From Carcharhinus longimanus (taxonomy: Eukaryota): a DNA stretch of 64,000 nt. Location: assembly GCA_030264375.1 (NCBI GenBank), contig JASCQW010000160.1:33301051-33365050 (forward strand), given 5' to 3'. The notes below the pieces were generated by a model. It saw only the letters and a list, made by a program, of their open reading frames with translations, was not told the origin of the DNA and ran no database searches. A program made the translations under genes and the position numbers. Below are positions 1-10,769 of this stretch, piece by piece (position 1 is the stretch's first letter; every line of letters starts with the position of its first letter).

Positions 1-312
1 ATGCTTTTTAAAAGACAAAATTGTACCCACCTCTACTACTACCTCTGGCAGCTTGTTCCAGACACTCACCACCCTCTATGAAAAATTGCCCCTCTGGACA
101 CTTTTGTATCTCTCCCCTCTCACCTTAAACCTGTGCTCTCTGGTTTTAGGCTCCCCTACCTTTGGGAAAAGATATTGACTATCTAGCTGATGTGCCCTCA
201 TTATTTTATAGACCTCAATAAGATCACCCCTCAGCCTCCTACGCTCCAGGGAAAAAAGTCCCAGTCTATCCAACCTTTCCTTGTAACTCAAACCATCAAG
301 TCCCGATAGCAT
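1..312 (-). mobile_element. CR1-clade (HER1-like) LINE 3' fragment
   Basis: Minus-strand ORF reads LSYKERLDRLGLFSLERRRLRGDLIEVYKIM, typical of the CR1 ORF2 C-terminus. Confidence 0.88.
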
Positions 313-324
313 CCCAGCTGGGGG

Positions 325-630
325 GGGGGGGCACGGTAGCACAGTGGTTACTGGGGTGGCATGGTGGCATAGTGGTTAGCACTGCTGCCTCACAGTGCCA
401 GGGACCTGAGTTCGATTCCCCGTTTGGATCATCGTCTGCGTGGAGTTTTGCACATTCTCCCCGTGTCTGCGTGGGTTTGCTCCCGTTTCCTCCCACAGCC
501 TGAAGTACGTACTGGTTAGGGTGCATTGACCCAAACAGGCACTGGAGTGTGGCGACTAGGGGAATTTCGTAGCAACTTCATCGCAGTGTTAATGTAAGCC
601 TTACTTGTGACACACTAATAAATAAAGTTT
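325..630 (+). mobile_element. tRNA-derived HE1/V-SINE-like element, tail type B, duplicated head
   Basis: ggcatagtggttagcactgctgcctcacag...gttcgattccc (A/B boxes); V-SINE-like core; ends aatgtaagcc...aataaataaagttt. Confidence 0.85.
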
Positions 631-939
631 GAAATCTTTTCTGCGTGTTACAAGTTGCACCTGAGTTTACACCAACAATTGTTTTTGAGGCGCTGGGCAC
701 CTTCAGGGAAAGGGGGTGGAAGCAGTAAATGTAGAAAGAACGAAATCTCAACCACCCGTCCCATGCTGCAGTACCTGAACAAACGTAATTCTCAAGCTGT
801 AGAAGTAGGAAAGCTCCTACGACATTGTCACATCCAGCCAGTCTCATGTTGGAGGCTGCTTCCCTGTTTGTATTACATCTTCCCTGGAACTGGACCAACA
901 AAAAAAATGATCAGCTGCTTCCCATCCAGAGTAAGAGGA

Positions 940-1345
940 AGAACTTGCATTGATGAATCAGCTGCCATAGTATCCCCAGAGTGCAGTCGCTGCCGTAATA
1001 CAGGAAACATAGCAGCCAATTTGTGCATAGCAAGCTCCTACAAACTGCAATGTGACCCAGATAATCTGTTTTCAACACACTAATTGAGTAATAAGTTTTG
1101 GCCAGGACACTGGAGAGAACTCCCCTGTGGTTTTTCAAATAATGTCCTGGGATCTTTCCCCGAGAGACAGAGCAGACAAAGCCACTGTCTCATATCTCAG
1201 CCAAATGTTGGCACATTTGACACTACAGCATTTCCTCAGCACTGCAATGGAGGCATCAGCCTGGATTTTGTGTTCCTGTCTCTGGAGTGAGCTTTGCATC
1301 CACGACACACCAACTCAAACACAAGTTCCCACTGAGCCACGGTTC
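940..1345 (-). mobile_element. Deu-domain SINE (SacSINE1/AmnSINE-like)
   Basis: Reverse complement of ggagcttgctatgcacaaattggctgct core, shared with copies near 2040, 9240 and 22980. Confidence 0.65.
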
Positions 1346-1396
1346 ACAGGAGGGACAAGAGAGGAAAGTTTAGATTAGTAATGACTGCAATAGAAG

Positions 1397-1706
1397 TTTT
1401 TTTTTTGGTTTTATTCCAATTCAATCCAATCAAGTCCAATTCAGAGTCTCAGTAAGTTGGGACATTCCCGATCCAAGCTGATAAGACAAACTCTCACCTC
1501 CTGTATTGGGTTTGATCTACATGATCCAAGCTGATTGGAGTAGGCATAGCTCCTCCTCCAAGGCTTGGTCTCATTTGCATCTTGGCCAAACGACCAAGGC
1601 GCCGCTTTTAAAAATTGCTTCAAATGAAGCTGAAATGTAACCTAATGACTTCAACCAAACACAGCATGTCCACACTAAACATGATCTTAGCCAAAAGGCC
1701 AAGAAG
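1397..1706 (-). mobile_element. U2 snRNA-headed short retroposon with AATAAA and polyA tail
   Basis: 1706-1674 matches U2 nt 5-37 (30/33 by recalled U2 sequence); AATAAA at 1415-1410; A10 tail; AGAAGTTT repeated at both ends. Confidence 0.7.
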
Positions 1707-1839
1707 TTTAAGAGAACCAGGGTACAGGGAAGACAGCAATAGTTTAAGATTTTAAGGGAAGGGTTGTGTTGCTGACAGTTTTATCTTTTTAAGTTGTGCT
1801 ACCCAGTAGCCCAAAGGTCAAGTGCACTGAATCTTTTGA

Positions 1840-2180
1840 GTGGAAAATGCTTTGCCAGCAATACTGAGGGAGTGCTGCACTGTCAGACGTGCCATCTTTC
1901 AGGTGCATTTTTAAACCAAGACCCCATCTGCTTGGTCTTTGAATGTAAAACATGTTATGGCATTATTTTGAAGATACATTCCCATAACTTGGACAATATT
2001 AATCCCTCAATCAACATCACATTGTCAGTATCACTTGTGTGTGGGAGCTTGCTGTGCACAAATTGGCTGCTGCATTTCCTCTATTACAAGTGACAATGCT
2101 GCAAAACTATTTCACTGGCCAGAACACACTGTGAAACATCTAACAGTCATAAAAAAGGCTAAATAAACACCAGTCTTTTT
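1840..2180 (+). mobile_element. Deu-domain SINE fragment
   Basis: tactgagggagtgctgcactgtc...gggagcttgctgtgcacaaattggctgctgcatttcc. Confidence 0.65.
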
Positions 2181-2264
2181 TTATAATAGTAACGTTATAA
2201 TAGGAATAAACTGTCCCAAGGTGCTTCACAGGAGTGCAATCAAACAACATTTAACATCGTTAAA

Positions 2265-2575
2265 GGGTGGCAAGGTGGCACAGTGGTTAGCTCCGCTGCC
2301 TCACAGCACCAGGGACCCAGGTTCAATTCCAGCCTCGGGTCATTGTCTGTGTGGAGTTTGCATGTTCTCCCTGTATCTGCATGGGTTTCCTCCGGGTGCT
2401 CCGGTTTCCTCCCACAGTCCAAAAGACGTGCTGGTTAGGTGCACTGGCCATGCTAAATTCTCCCTCAGTGTATCCGAACAGGCGCCGGAGTGTGGCGGCT
2501 AGGGGATTTTCACAGTAACTTCATTGCAGTGTTAATGTAAGCCTACCTATGACACTAATTTTAAAACTTTTTTAA
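2265..2575 (+). mobile_element. HE1/V-SINE-like, tail type B
   Basis: Full head, core and gctaaattctccctcagtg...aatgtaagcc tail. Confidence 0.88.
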
Positions 2576-4477
2576 GAAGAGATGATGATCTGTGGGTGAA
2601 ACACTGTCAGGGTATTGACTCACTGAGAAGGTTCCTGATCTTGTTCATTTTAACTCCAAAATCCAATATGTCTAACGCAACAACGTTCACTGAATTTGGG
2701 CCCAAATGGTCGATGCCAGTGAGAGTGCTCCATGCGTTCCTCCTCCAACCCCTCTTCACTCACTCCATCCGCGCATCCTTCCTCCCTCAATCCTTACACT
2801 TAAATGCACCTTCACCATTCGCCTCAACTACTCCATCTGGTAGTGAGTTCCACATTTAATCCACTCCTGGAATAAGTTTCGCCTGAATCTCTACGTTAGA
2901 TATATTAGTGACTGTTTAATATTTATAACCTCTAATTCTGGATTCCTCCAGAGGCGGAAACATCTTCTCAAACCCCCTTCGTAATATTCTCATCTCTGTC
3001 ATATCATCTCTCTCTCTCTCTCTCTCAGTCATCGATTCTCTAAAGAGCCCCCAACAGTTTGTTCAGTAATCCGGATATTTATAACCTTTCAGATGCTGGT
3101 TAGTCCTCACTGCTCCTTCTCCAGTGTCTCAACACCTTCTACCACCCTCACCCCCTCACCCTCACCCCCTCACCCTCCCCTTCAATACACAGCCTGCAGT
3201 GGGGAGCATCATGTTTCCCAGTTGACGAATGCCCACCGAGTAACCGGGATCTGGATCACAGCTCGCTGGGATTTTGCAACCACTGACAATCCACCCCCCA
3301 CCACCCCCCACCCACCCCCTCACTGTCCTTGCGAGAGCTACCTCACCCCAAGCAACCGGGGAGGGGGGGGGGGGGGGTTTGCAAAAACGGGAGAGGTATC
3401 CAATGCCCCAATCTNNNNNNNNNNNNNNNNNNNNNNNNNNNNNNNNNNNNNNNNNNNNNNNNNNNNNNNNNNNNNNNNNNNNNNNNNNNNNNNNNNNNNN
3501 NNNNNNNNNNNNNNGCTACCTCACCCCAAGCAACGGGGGAGGGGGGGGGGGTGGTTTGCAATAACGGGAGAGGAATCCTATGCCCCAAGCTGGCATCGTC
3601 CCTTGGCACAGCCACATGAGCCACATCGATCCAATCTGCAACACCCACCACTAAACATGCCTGAGGCTCCTTCGCGGGTTACCGTGGAAGGGAATGTGTC
3701 CGGGGCGCTCGCGCACGCCAGCCTTGCCCTGGCTGAGTGGCCTTGCCAGGGCACCGTTTTGATCACCTGGATGTGAAAGAGCCCAGGGCCAAGGCCAGGG
3801 ACCGTTCGCGACTCCCCAGTGCAGCACGTTGAGAGGGAACCCAGAAACATGCCAGTTTCTAAACACAACACAGCAGAGCAGGGTGAGGTAGACCTGACAC
3901 ATAGGAAAGCAGAGGCACAATTCGAAACAAGCTCACCTCGGAGTGATATTCCAGGGAGAGCAGCTGACAGCTTTGTGTCTTATTCAGTTAATCCGGGATT
4001 CGGAGACAATTCCTGCTCTTTTAACCAGGAGATAAATACCCTCCTCCTTTCCTCTTGTTTGTGTGGCATCACAGCTGCTACTTCTCACTGATCTACTGCA
4101 GTGCAGGGCTGAGGGTGGCCTTCAGGCACACTCAATCAAGCCCGGATTTAAAGATTCTTATGCTCCATCAGTCTGCCTTTGTAATCCTGTGCCCACACTG
4201 AGCAGCCAGGCACGTTATCACCATCATAATAAATCCTCAACTACCGTCCCAGCCCCCATCACCCCCGCTCAGCTCACAATCCTCTCACACAAGCCCTGTG
4301 ACTCTGTGTACTCTCATCAAGACTCATCGCTTCCTCCGCCTCACTCACTCAACGGGGTCGCCACTTCAAACGTGACTTTATTTCAAGGGGTTTCACCACC
4401 TTAAGAGTCAGCCACGTTGGGCAGCACTTCAAAATAATAGGCTGATACACTGATTGTTGTTATAAACTAAACCATGT

Positions 4478-4650
4478 GGGCGGCCCGGGGGCACAACACT
4501 GCTGCCTCACAGCGCCAGGGACCCGGGTTCGATTCCCGGCTTGGGTCACTGTCCGTGTGGAGTCTGCACGTTCTCCCCGTGTCTGCTTGGGTTTCCTCTG
4601 GGTGCTCCAGTTTCCTCCCACATTCCGAAAAGACATGCCGGTGAGGTGCA
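4478..4650 (+). mobile_element. HE1/V-SINE-like head and core, no tail
   Basis: ctgctgcctcacagcgccagggacccgggttcgattcccggc... truncated after gaggtgcat. Confidence 0.85.
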
Positions 4651-4694
4651 TCCACTTACCCTCTTTCCTACAATAACTTACATTTAAATGTACT

Positions 4695-4948
4695 TAGGAT
4701 TTGTACCAACCGTCTCAAGAACAGCTTCTTCTCTGCTGCCATCAGATTTTTGAATGGACCCCCTACCATATAGAGTTGATCTTTCTCTGCACTCTAACTG
4801 TGACAGTAACGCTCTATTCTGCACCCTCTCCTTCCCTTCTCCCCTATCTACTCTATGAATGGTATGCTTTGTATAGTTCCCAAGAAACAATCCTTTTCAC
4901 TGTTTACAAAACATGTGACAATAATAAATCAAATCAAAATCAAAATAA
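4695..4948 (+). mobile_element. Rex1/Babar-like LINE 3' end
   Basis: aacagcttcttctctgctgccatcaga...aataataaatcaaatcaaa; same 3' end as the 44130-44727 copy. Confidence 0.7.
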
Positions 4949-6704
4949 TGCCTGTGTGTCCCCAAGTGTTTCACTGGGACACAGTACGATACTAAGTCAC
5001 ACTGGGAAATCTCAGGTCAATGACTAAGAGCGATATCAAAGGGCTACATTTCAAAGGGGTGTCTTAAAGGAGGAAAACAAGTTGGATAAGACAAGGGACA
5101 GGATTCAAGAGCGTGGCTCTGAAGACATGGACTCCCGTGGGTTGAGCAACCGTAATCGAGGGGTCAGAATGAAAGGGCTGCAGATATCTCAGAGGTTCGT
5201 GGGGCTGGGAGAGAGCACAGAGATAGGGAAGGATGAGTCCACACAGGGATTTGAAAGACAAGGACAAGAATTTTTAAATCCAGGTGTCTCTTGGCCAGGA
5301 GTCGATATAGATCAGAGAGTACAGGGCTGACAGGGGAATGGGACATGCACTGAGGGGAAGATGCAGGCAGCAGAGTTTAGGGTGGTCTCAGGTTTATGGA
5401 GGGTGGAAAGCAGGAGGCCGGTCAGGGGGGTGGGGGGGGGGGGGGGGCGTCCCCTCNNNNNNNNNNNNNNNNNNNNNNNNNNNNNNNNNNNNNNNNNNNN
5501 NNNNNNNNNNNNNNNNNNNNNNNNNNNNNNNNNNNNNNNNNNNNNNNNNNNNNNNNNNNNNNNNNNNNNNNNNNNNNNNNNNNNNNNNNNNNNNNNNNNN
5601 NNNNNNNNNNNNNNNNCCATCCACCCTCCACCCCCTTCCCATTCCCCCTCTCTCAATCTTGATGCAGATCCAGGTTTCAGGGTGAGCATGGTTGCAAAAT
5701 CCCACCCACGGGCGATACCTTGGGCTACATATAGTTGTAACTACCCCTCGCCGCAACAGCACTGTGTTTGAGGTGTTTTGTGGTATCCTAATGGCGATCA
5801 AGGGAATAAGGAGATAGTATTTTCAGTGGCTGAAGGGGCGAATTAAGGTGATTGGCAAAAGAACCAAGTGTGACAGGAGGGAAAACCTCTTTTTTTAATG
5901 CATTAAATGGTTAGGATTTGGAATGTACCAATAGCTTGGCAGATATTCATTCAACAGCAAGCTTCAAAATAGAATTGGATCAATAACTTGTAGAAAAGAA
6001 AAATTGCAGGGAAATTGGGAAAGATCAGGGGGAGTGGGACAATTGGATTACTCTTTGAAAGAGCCAGCACAGACTTGATGGGCAAATGGCCTCCTTCAGG
6101 GCTTTTCTATTCTAATGATTCTGATCTTTCAACCTCCAACTCTTTGTTTTTTTGGGCTGTGGTACATTCGCCAATCTTTGTCTATTTGTGGCCTTGTGGC
6201 CTCTCCAGCTCTGACAGAATACTGTGGTATGTGATATCTTCACAAGTGTCTTTATTATCTCGGTGTCTGACCTTCGCGGTTTAGCTTATCTACAGTCAGA
6301 AAAGCTTCCTCTTTGCTCCACATTCAACTTGATCGCTTAAGCCACTGTAAAATATTCTAACGTGAATCACTGTTAAGTAGGAAACTAACCCAAGGCACTT
6401 ACAGGAGTTCAGGCAGACATCACTTGACTTCCAGCCAGATTTCAGGAAAGGGGACCAAGATGTTGGTCGGAAAGTAGCCAGACTCTGTCAACATTGAAAA
6501 CTTGACCATCATGAACCAAAACCAAAACTTCAACCAAGATGGACAAAGGAAAATCAAAAAAGTTTGGTTCAATGAAAAACAGCAAAACAAAATCTGAAAA
6601 CCAAGTGCCTTTGTTCAAACTAATTTTTGTTCAAGTTCATCTTATGAAAGGACATCATTTTGAGCTGTTTGCCTTACCTAACTCACCCATCGCAAATTAA
6701 GAGT

Positions 6705-7220
6705 CCATTCCTTTCATATATCCTACAGTGCAGAAAGAGGCCATTCAGCCCATCCAGTCTGCACTGACCACAATCCCACCTAGACCCTAACCCCATGCNN
6801 NNNNNNNNNNNNNNNNNNNNNNNNNNNNNNNNNNNNNNNNNNNNNNNNNNNNNNNNNNNNNNNNNNNNNNNNNNNNNNNNNNNNNNNNNNNNNNNNNNTT
6901 CCTTTCATATATCCTACAGTGCAGAAAGAGGCCATACAGCCCATCCAGTCTGCACTGACCACAATCCCACCCAGGCTCTTTCCCATAACCCCATGTATAT
7001 ACCCTAGCTAGTCCCCCTGACACTAAGGGACAATTTACCATGGCCAATCTTCCTAATCAGCACATCTTTGAACAGTGGGAGGAAGCCGAGCACCCGGAGG
7101 AAACCCACGCAGACACAAGGAGAATGTGCAAACTCCACACAGATAGTCACCCAAGCCAGGAATCGAACCTGGGTCCCTGGCGCTTTGAGGCAGCATAGCT
7201 AACCACTGCCACCATTCCGC
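6705..7220 (-). mobile_element. HE1-like SINE, tail type A (spans an N gap)
   Basis: Reverse-complement head/core; tail ...tggcctctttctgcactgtagga. Confidence 0.85.
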
Positions 7221-7931
7221 CAAAGGAAAATCAAAAAAGTTTAGAGATCATCAGTTTTGTTATTTTACTCTATTTTCAAATTCATCACAAACCCTCCCTT
7301 ACTTTATAACCTGCTCCAACCCCAGTACTCCTCCCAGATCTCAGAGCACAAACACCAGCCTCTATCACTCCCCAATCTCCATCGCTCGATCACTGACTTG
7401 CTGCATCTCCAGCTATCGAGGTACCAAACTCTAGAATTTCCTCCCCAGCTGCCTTCACCTTTAAGAGGGCACGGGTTTAAGGTGAGAGGGGCTAAGTTTA
7501 GGGGTGGGACGTGGGGAAAGTTTTTCACACAGAGGGTGATGGGTGCCGGGAACGTGTTACCAGTGCAGGTGGTGAAAGCAGGCATGATAGCAACGTTCAA
7601 TGAGTATCTCAGCAGGCATGTGAATAGGAGGCGAACAGAGAGATAGAAACCATGTATTGGCGCAGGGATGGATGGGCCGAGGGGCCTGTTCCTGTGCTGT
7701 TTGTTCTTTGTAAAATACTCCTTAAATCCACCTCTTTAACCAGGTTTTTTTATCCTCCTTTGGCTTGCTGTCGCAATCTGTCTGCTTGTTCACTATTGTC
7801 AAGCACATTGGGATACTCTAGTGCATTAAAGGCGCTATATAAATACAAATTATTGTTTCGACATTAAATTGTTGGTGTAGTTTCACCCTCTGCCATAAGA
7901 GCATGATTTCACTTCCAAGTCAAGCAGTTAG

Positions 7932-7950
7932 TTGCACCATCTAGTGGCCT
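7932..7950 (-). promoter_or_regulatory. Candidate CTCF site
   Basis: Minus strand aggCCACTAGATGGTGcaa fits the CTCF core CCASYAGRKGGCR closely; lies outside recognisable repeats. Confidence 0.45.
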
Positions 7951-7996
7951 GGTTGACTAATAACAAAAATAATCATTTTATTGCAAACCCATTTTC

Positions 7997-8316
7997 ATAG
8001 AATAGAATCCCTAAAGTGCAGAAGGAGGCCATTCAGCCCATCGAGTCTACACCAACCTCAATCCCACCCAGGTCCTTTCCCCATAATCCCATTCATTTAC
8101 CCTAGCTAGACCCCCTGACATTGAGCGACAATTCACCACGGCCAATCCACCTAACCCAAGCATCTTTGGACTGTGGGAGGAAACCGGAGCCCCCAGAGGA
8201 AACCCACGCAGATACAGGGAGAACATGAAAACTCTACACAGACAGTCACCCAAGTCAAGAATCGAACCCAGGTCCCTGGCGCCGTGAGGCAGCTGTGCTA
8301 ACCCACTGTGCCACCT
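7997..8316 (-). mobile_element. HE1-like SINE, tail type A
   Basis: Near full-length reverse-complement copy. Confidence 0.85.
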
Positions 8317-8443
8317 TTTCTGCCCAAATTGGAACCAAACTGATATTGAACTCTCATTGCTCCTGCAGTTTTCTTTTATCAGTACCTTCAACGTGCATTG
8401 GCATGGAAGATTTTGGGACTGGTACGTTAGCCATGGTGTGTTA

Positions 8444-8735
8444 GGGCAACACAGTGGTTAGCACCGCTGCTTCCCAGTGCCAGGGACCCGGGTCTGATTC
8501 CTGGCTTGGGTGACTGTCTCTGTGGAGTTTGCATGTTCTCCCCGTGTGTGCATGGGTTTCCTCTGGGTGCTCCGGTTTCCTCCCACAGTCCGAAAGTGGT
8601 GCTGGTTAGGCTACTTGTGGCCGTACTAAATTCTCCCTCAGTGTATCTGAACAGAGTGTGGGGACTAGGGGATTTTCACAGTAACTTCATTACAGTGTTA
8701 ATGTAAGCCTGCTTGTGACACTAATAAATAAATAA
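8444..8735 (+). mobile_element. HE1/V-SINE-like, tail type B
   Basis: Head, core and aataaataaataa end. Confidence 0.85.
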
Positions 8736-8739
8736 TGAT

Positions 8740-9385
8740 ACAGTTGCTAGCATTCTCACCTCCAATCAGGAGGTTATGGATTCAAGGGTCACTACAGTTG
8801 AGACAAAATGCTGACGCTTACAGTGCTGAGGGAATGCGGAACTGTCTTTTGGTTGAGATATTAAACCAAGGCCCCAGGAGGATATGAAAGTTCAACAGCA
8901 TTATTTCAAAGTTCAGCAGTAGTGTTCCCCTCAGTGTCCCGGGCAATGTGAATCTCTCAATAAATCTCATCATTAAAAATGTGCGGAGTTTACATGTTCT
9001 CTCCGTGTCTGCGTGGGTTTCCTCCAGATGCTCCGGTTTCCTCCCACAGTCCAAAGATTTACAGGTTGGGTGCATCGGCTGTGCTAAATTCTCCCTCAGT
9101 GTACCCGAACAGATGCCAGAATGTGGCAACTCGGGGATTTTCAGAGTAACTTCATTGCAGTGTTAATGTAAGCCAATTTGTAACTACTAAATAAACTTTA
9201 AAAAACTTTAAATAAACTGGTCATTATCACAATGCTGTTTGTGGGAGCTTGCTGTGCATAAATTGGTTGCCACATTTCCCACATCTATGACAATAGACAC
9301 ACTTCAAAAGTATTGAGTTGATTGCAAAATGCTTTGAGACATCCCAATGTCACAAAAGGTGTGATAGAAATACAAATGCTTCTAC
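8740..9385 (+). mobile_element. Deu-domain SINE interrupted by a 5'-truncated type-B SINE (~8980-9212)
   Basis: Deu-SINE sequence resumes after the nested insert (ctggtcattatcacaatgctgtttgtgggagcttgctgtgc). Confidence 0.7.
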
Positions 9386-9419
9386 AAATGCTTCCTTATC
9401 TTTCTATTCCCTCCATCAG

Positions 9420-9800
9420 TGGGGNNNNNNNNNNNNNNNNNNNNNNNNNNNNNNNNNNNNNNNNNNNNNNNNNNNNNNNNNNNNNNNNNNNNNNNNNNNN
9501 NNNNNNNNNNNNNNNNNNNNNNNNTCAATTCCTAGCGCCAGGGATGAGGGTTTGATTCCCAGCTTGGGTCACTGTCTGTGTGGAGTTTGCACGTTCTCCC
9601 CGTGTCTGCATGGGTTTCCTCCAGGAGCTCTGGTTTGCTCACACAGTCTGAAAGACGTGCTGGTTAGGTGGATTGGCCATGCTAAAATTTTCCCTCAGTG
9701 TACCTGAACAGGTGCCGGAGTGTGGCGACTAGGGATGTTCACAATAACTTCATTAGTGTTAATGTAAGCCTACTTGTGATTAATAAATAAACTTTACTTT
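9420..9800 (+). mobile_element. HE1/V-SINE-like, tail type B (head in N gap)
   Basis: Core and tail match other copies. Confidence 0.82.
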
Positions 9801-10154
9801 TATTTTGATAAGCATTATGCAGTATTATCAATACTTCTATGATTAGCAATGTCTTTCTCAACATATATCAAGCCAACTCCCTTTTTGGGAGTGTGCTTTT
9901 TGAACTCAGATTATTTTCATTCTCTGAGAGTTCATTCTATGTTTCCATTATCTAGTGGATGATAAAGGTTTCTTTTAACATCTTCTATCTTGCTTAATTG
10001 CTGTGAATTTTGTACTTTGGTCCTGTACCTTTAATGGCTTTAAGAGAAGGAAACCTATTTCCTTTATCTGGTCTGAATCAAATATGACTCCAGTCCCACA
10101 CTAATGGGGTAGACTCATATTTGCCCTCTGAAATGGTCAAACAAGGCTGGTGTG

Positions 10155-10462
10155 GGATGGCACGGTGGCACATTGGTTAGCACTGGTGCCTCACAGCGCT
10201 AGAGACTGGGTTCGATTCTCAGTTTGGGTCACTGTCTGTGCGGAGTTTGCACATTCTCCCCGTGTCTGCGTGAACTTCCTCTGGGTGCTCCGGTTTCCTC
10301 CCAGTCCAAAGATGTGCAGGTTAGGGTTGATTGGCCAGGATAAATTGTCCAGTAGTGCTAGGAGGATTAGAGGGGTAAATATGTGAGGTTACGGGGATAG
10401 TGTGGGATTGTTGTTGATGCAAGCTCGATGGGGTGAATGGCTGAGTCTTCTATACTATGATT
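10155..10462 (+). mobile_element. HE1-like SINE, tail type A
   Basis: ggcacggtggcacattggttagcact... to ...gaatggc...ctatgatt. Confidence 0.82.
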
Positions 10463-10557
10463 CAACGCCACACACTTGTACAAAAGCAATGAAGATTGGT
10501 CAATAAACGCTGGCCTTGTGCGTATGAATAAATAAAGAAGGAAGAAGAAAAGACATA

Positions 10558-10769
10558 GGGCGGGATTTTCCAGCCCCACCCTGTCCCCCCCACCCCCACT
10601 TCCACCCAACCGCAATGGCGGAGATGGCTTGCCATTGGGAACTCCTGGACCTGCTGATGTCTATGGCACATTGCTTGGCTCATCTGTCCCACCGCAGGAG
10701 AACACGCCACAGTCGCCTTCAGCGAGGCCAGAAGACCCTGCCGGCGGGAAGGACCGAAAAATCCCACCC
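10558..10769. mobile_element. MITE with GGG-ended terminal inverted repeats (PIF/Harbinger-like)
   Basis: gggcgggattttc ... gaaaaatcccaccc, flanked by ata on both sides. Confidence 0.7.

Noticed and set aside
356-430. tRNA-like A/B boxes here and in other repeats
   Set aside because: SINE heads without a complete cloverleaf; not tRNA genes
1674-1706. Functional U2 snRNA gene
   Set aside because: Only ~33 nt match; no Sm site or downstream U2 sequence, so treated as a retroposon head
2221-2502. Recurrent ORFs such as VAQWLALLPHS...GFPPGAPVSSHSPK at many positions
   Set aside because: Translations of SINE copies, not a gene family
3337-3590. Apparent tandem duplication (gctacctcaccccaagcaac...gcccca) on both sides of a 100-N gap
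   Set aside because: Near-identical contig ends around a fixed-size gap; most likely an unmerged assembly overlap
6709-6995. Duplicated SINE tail either side of an N gap
   Set aside because: Same overlap artefact pattern
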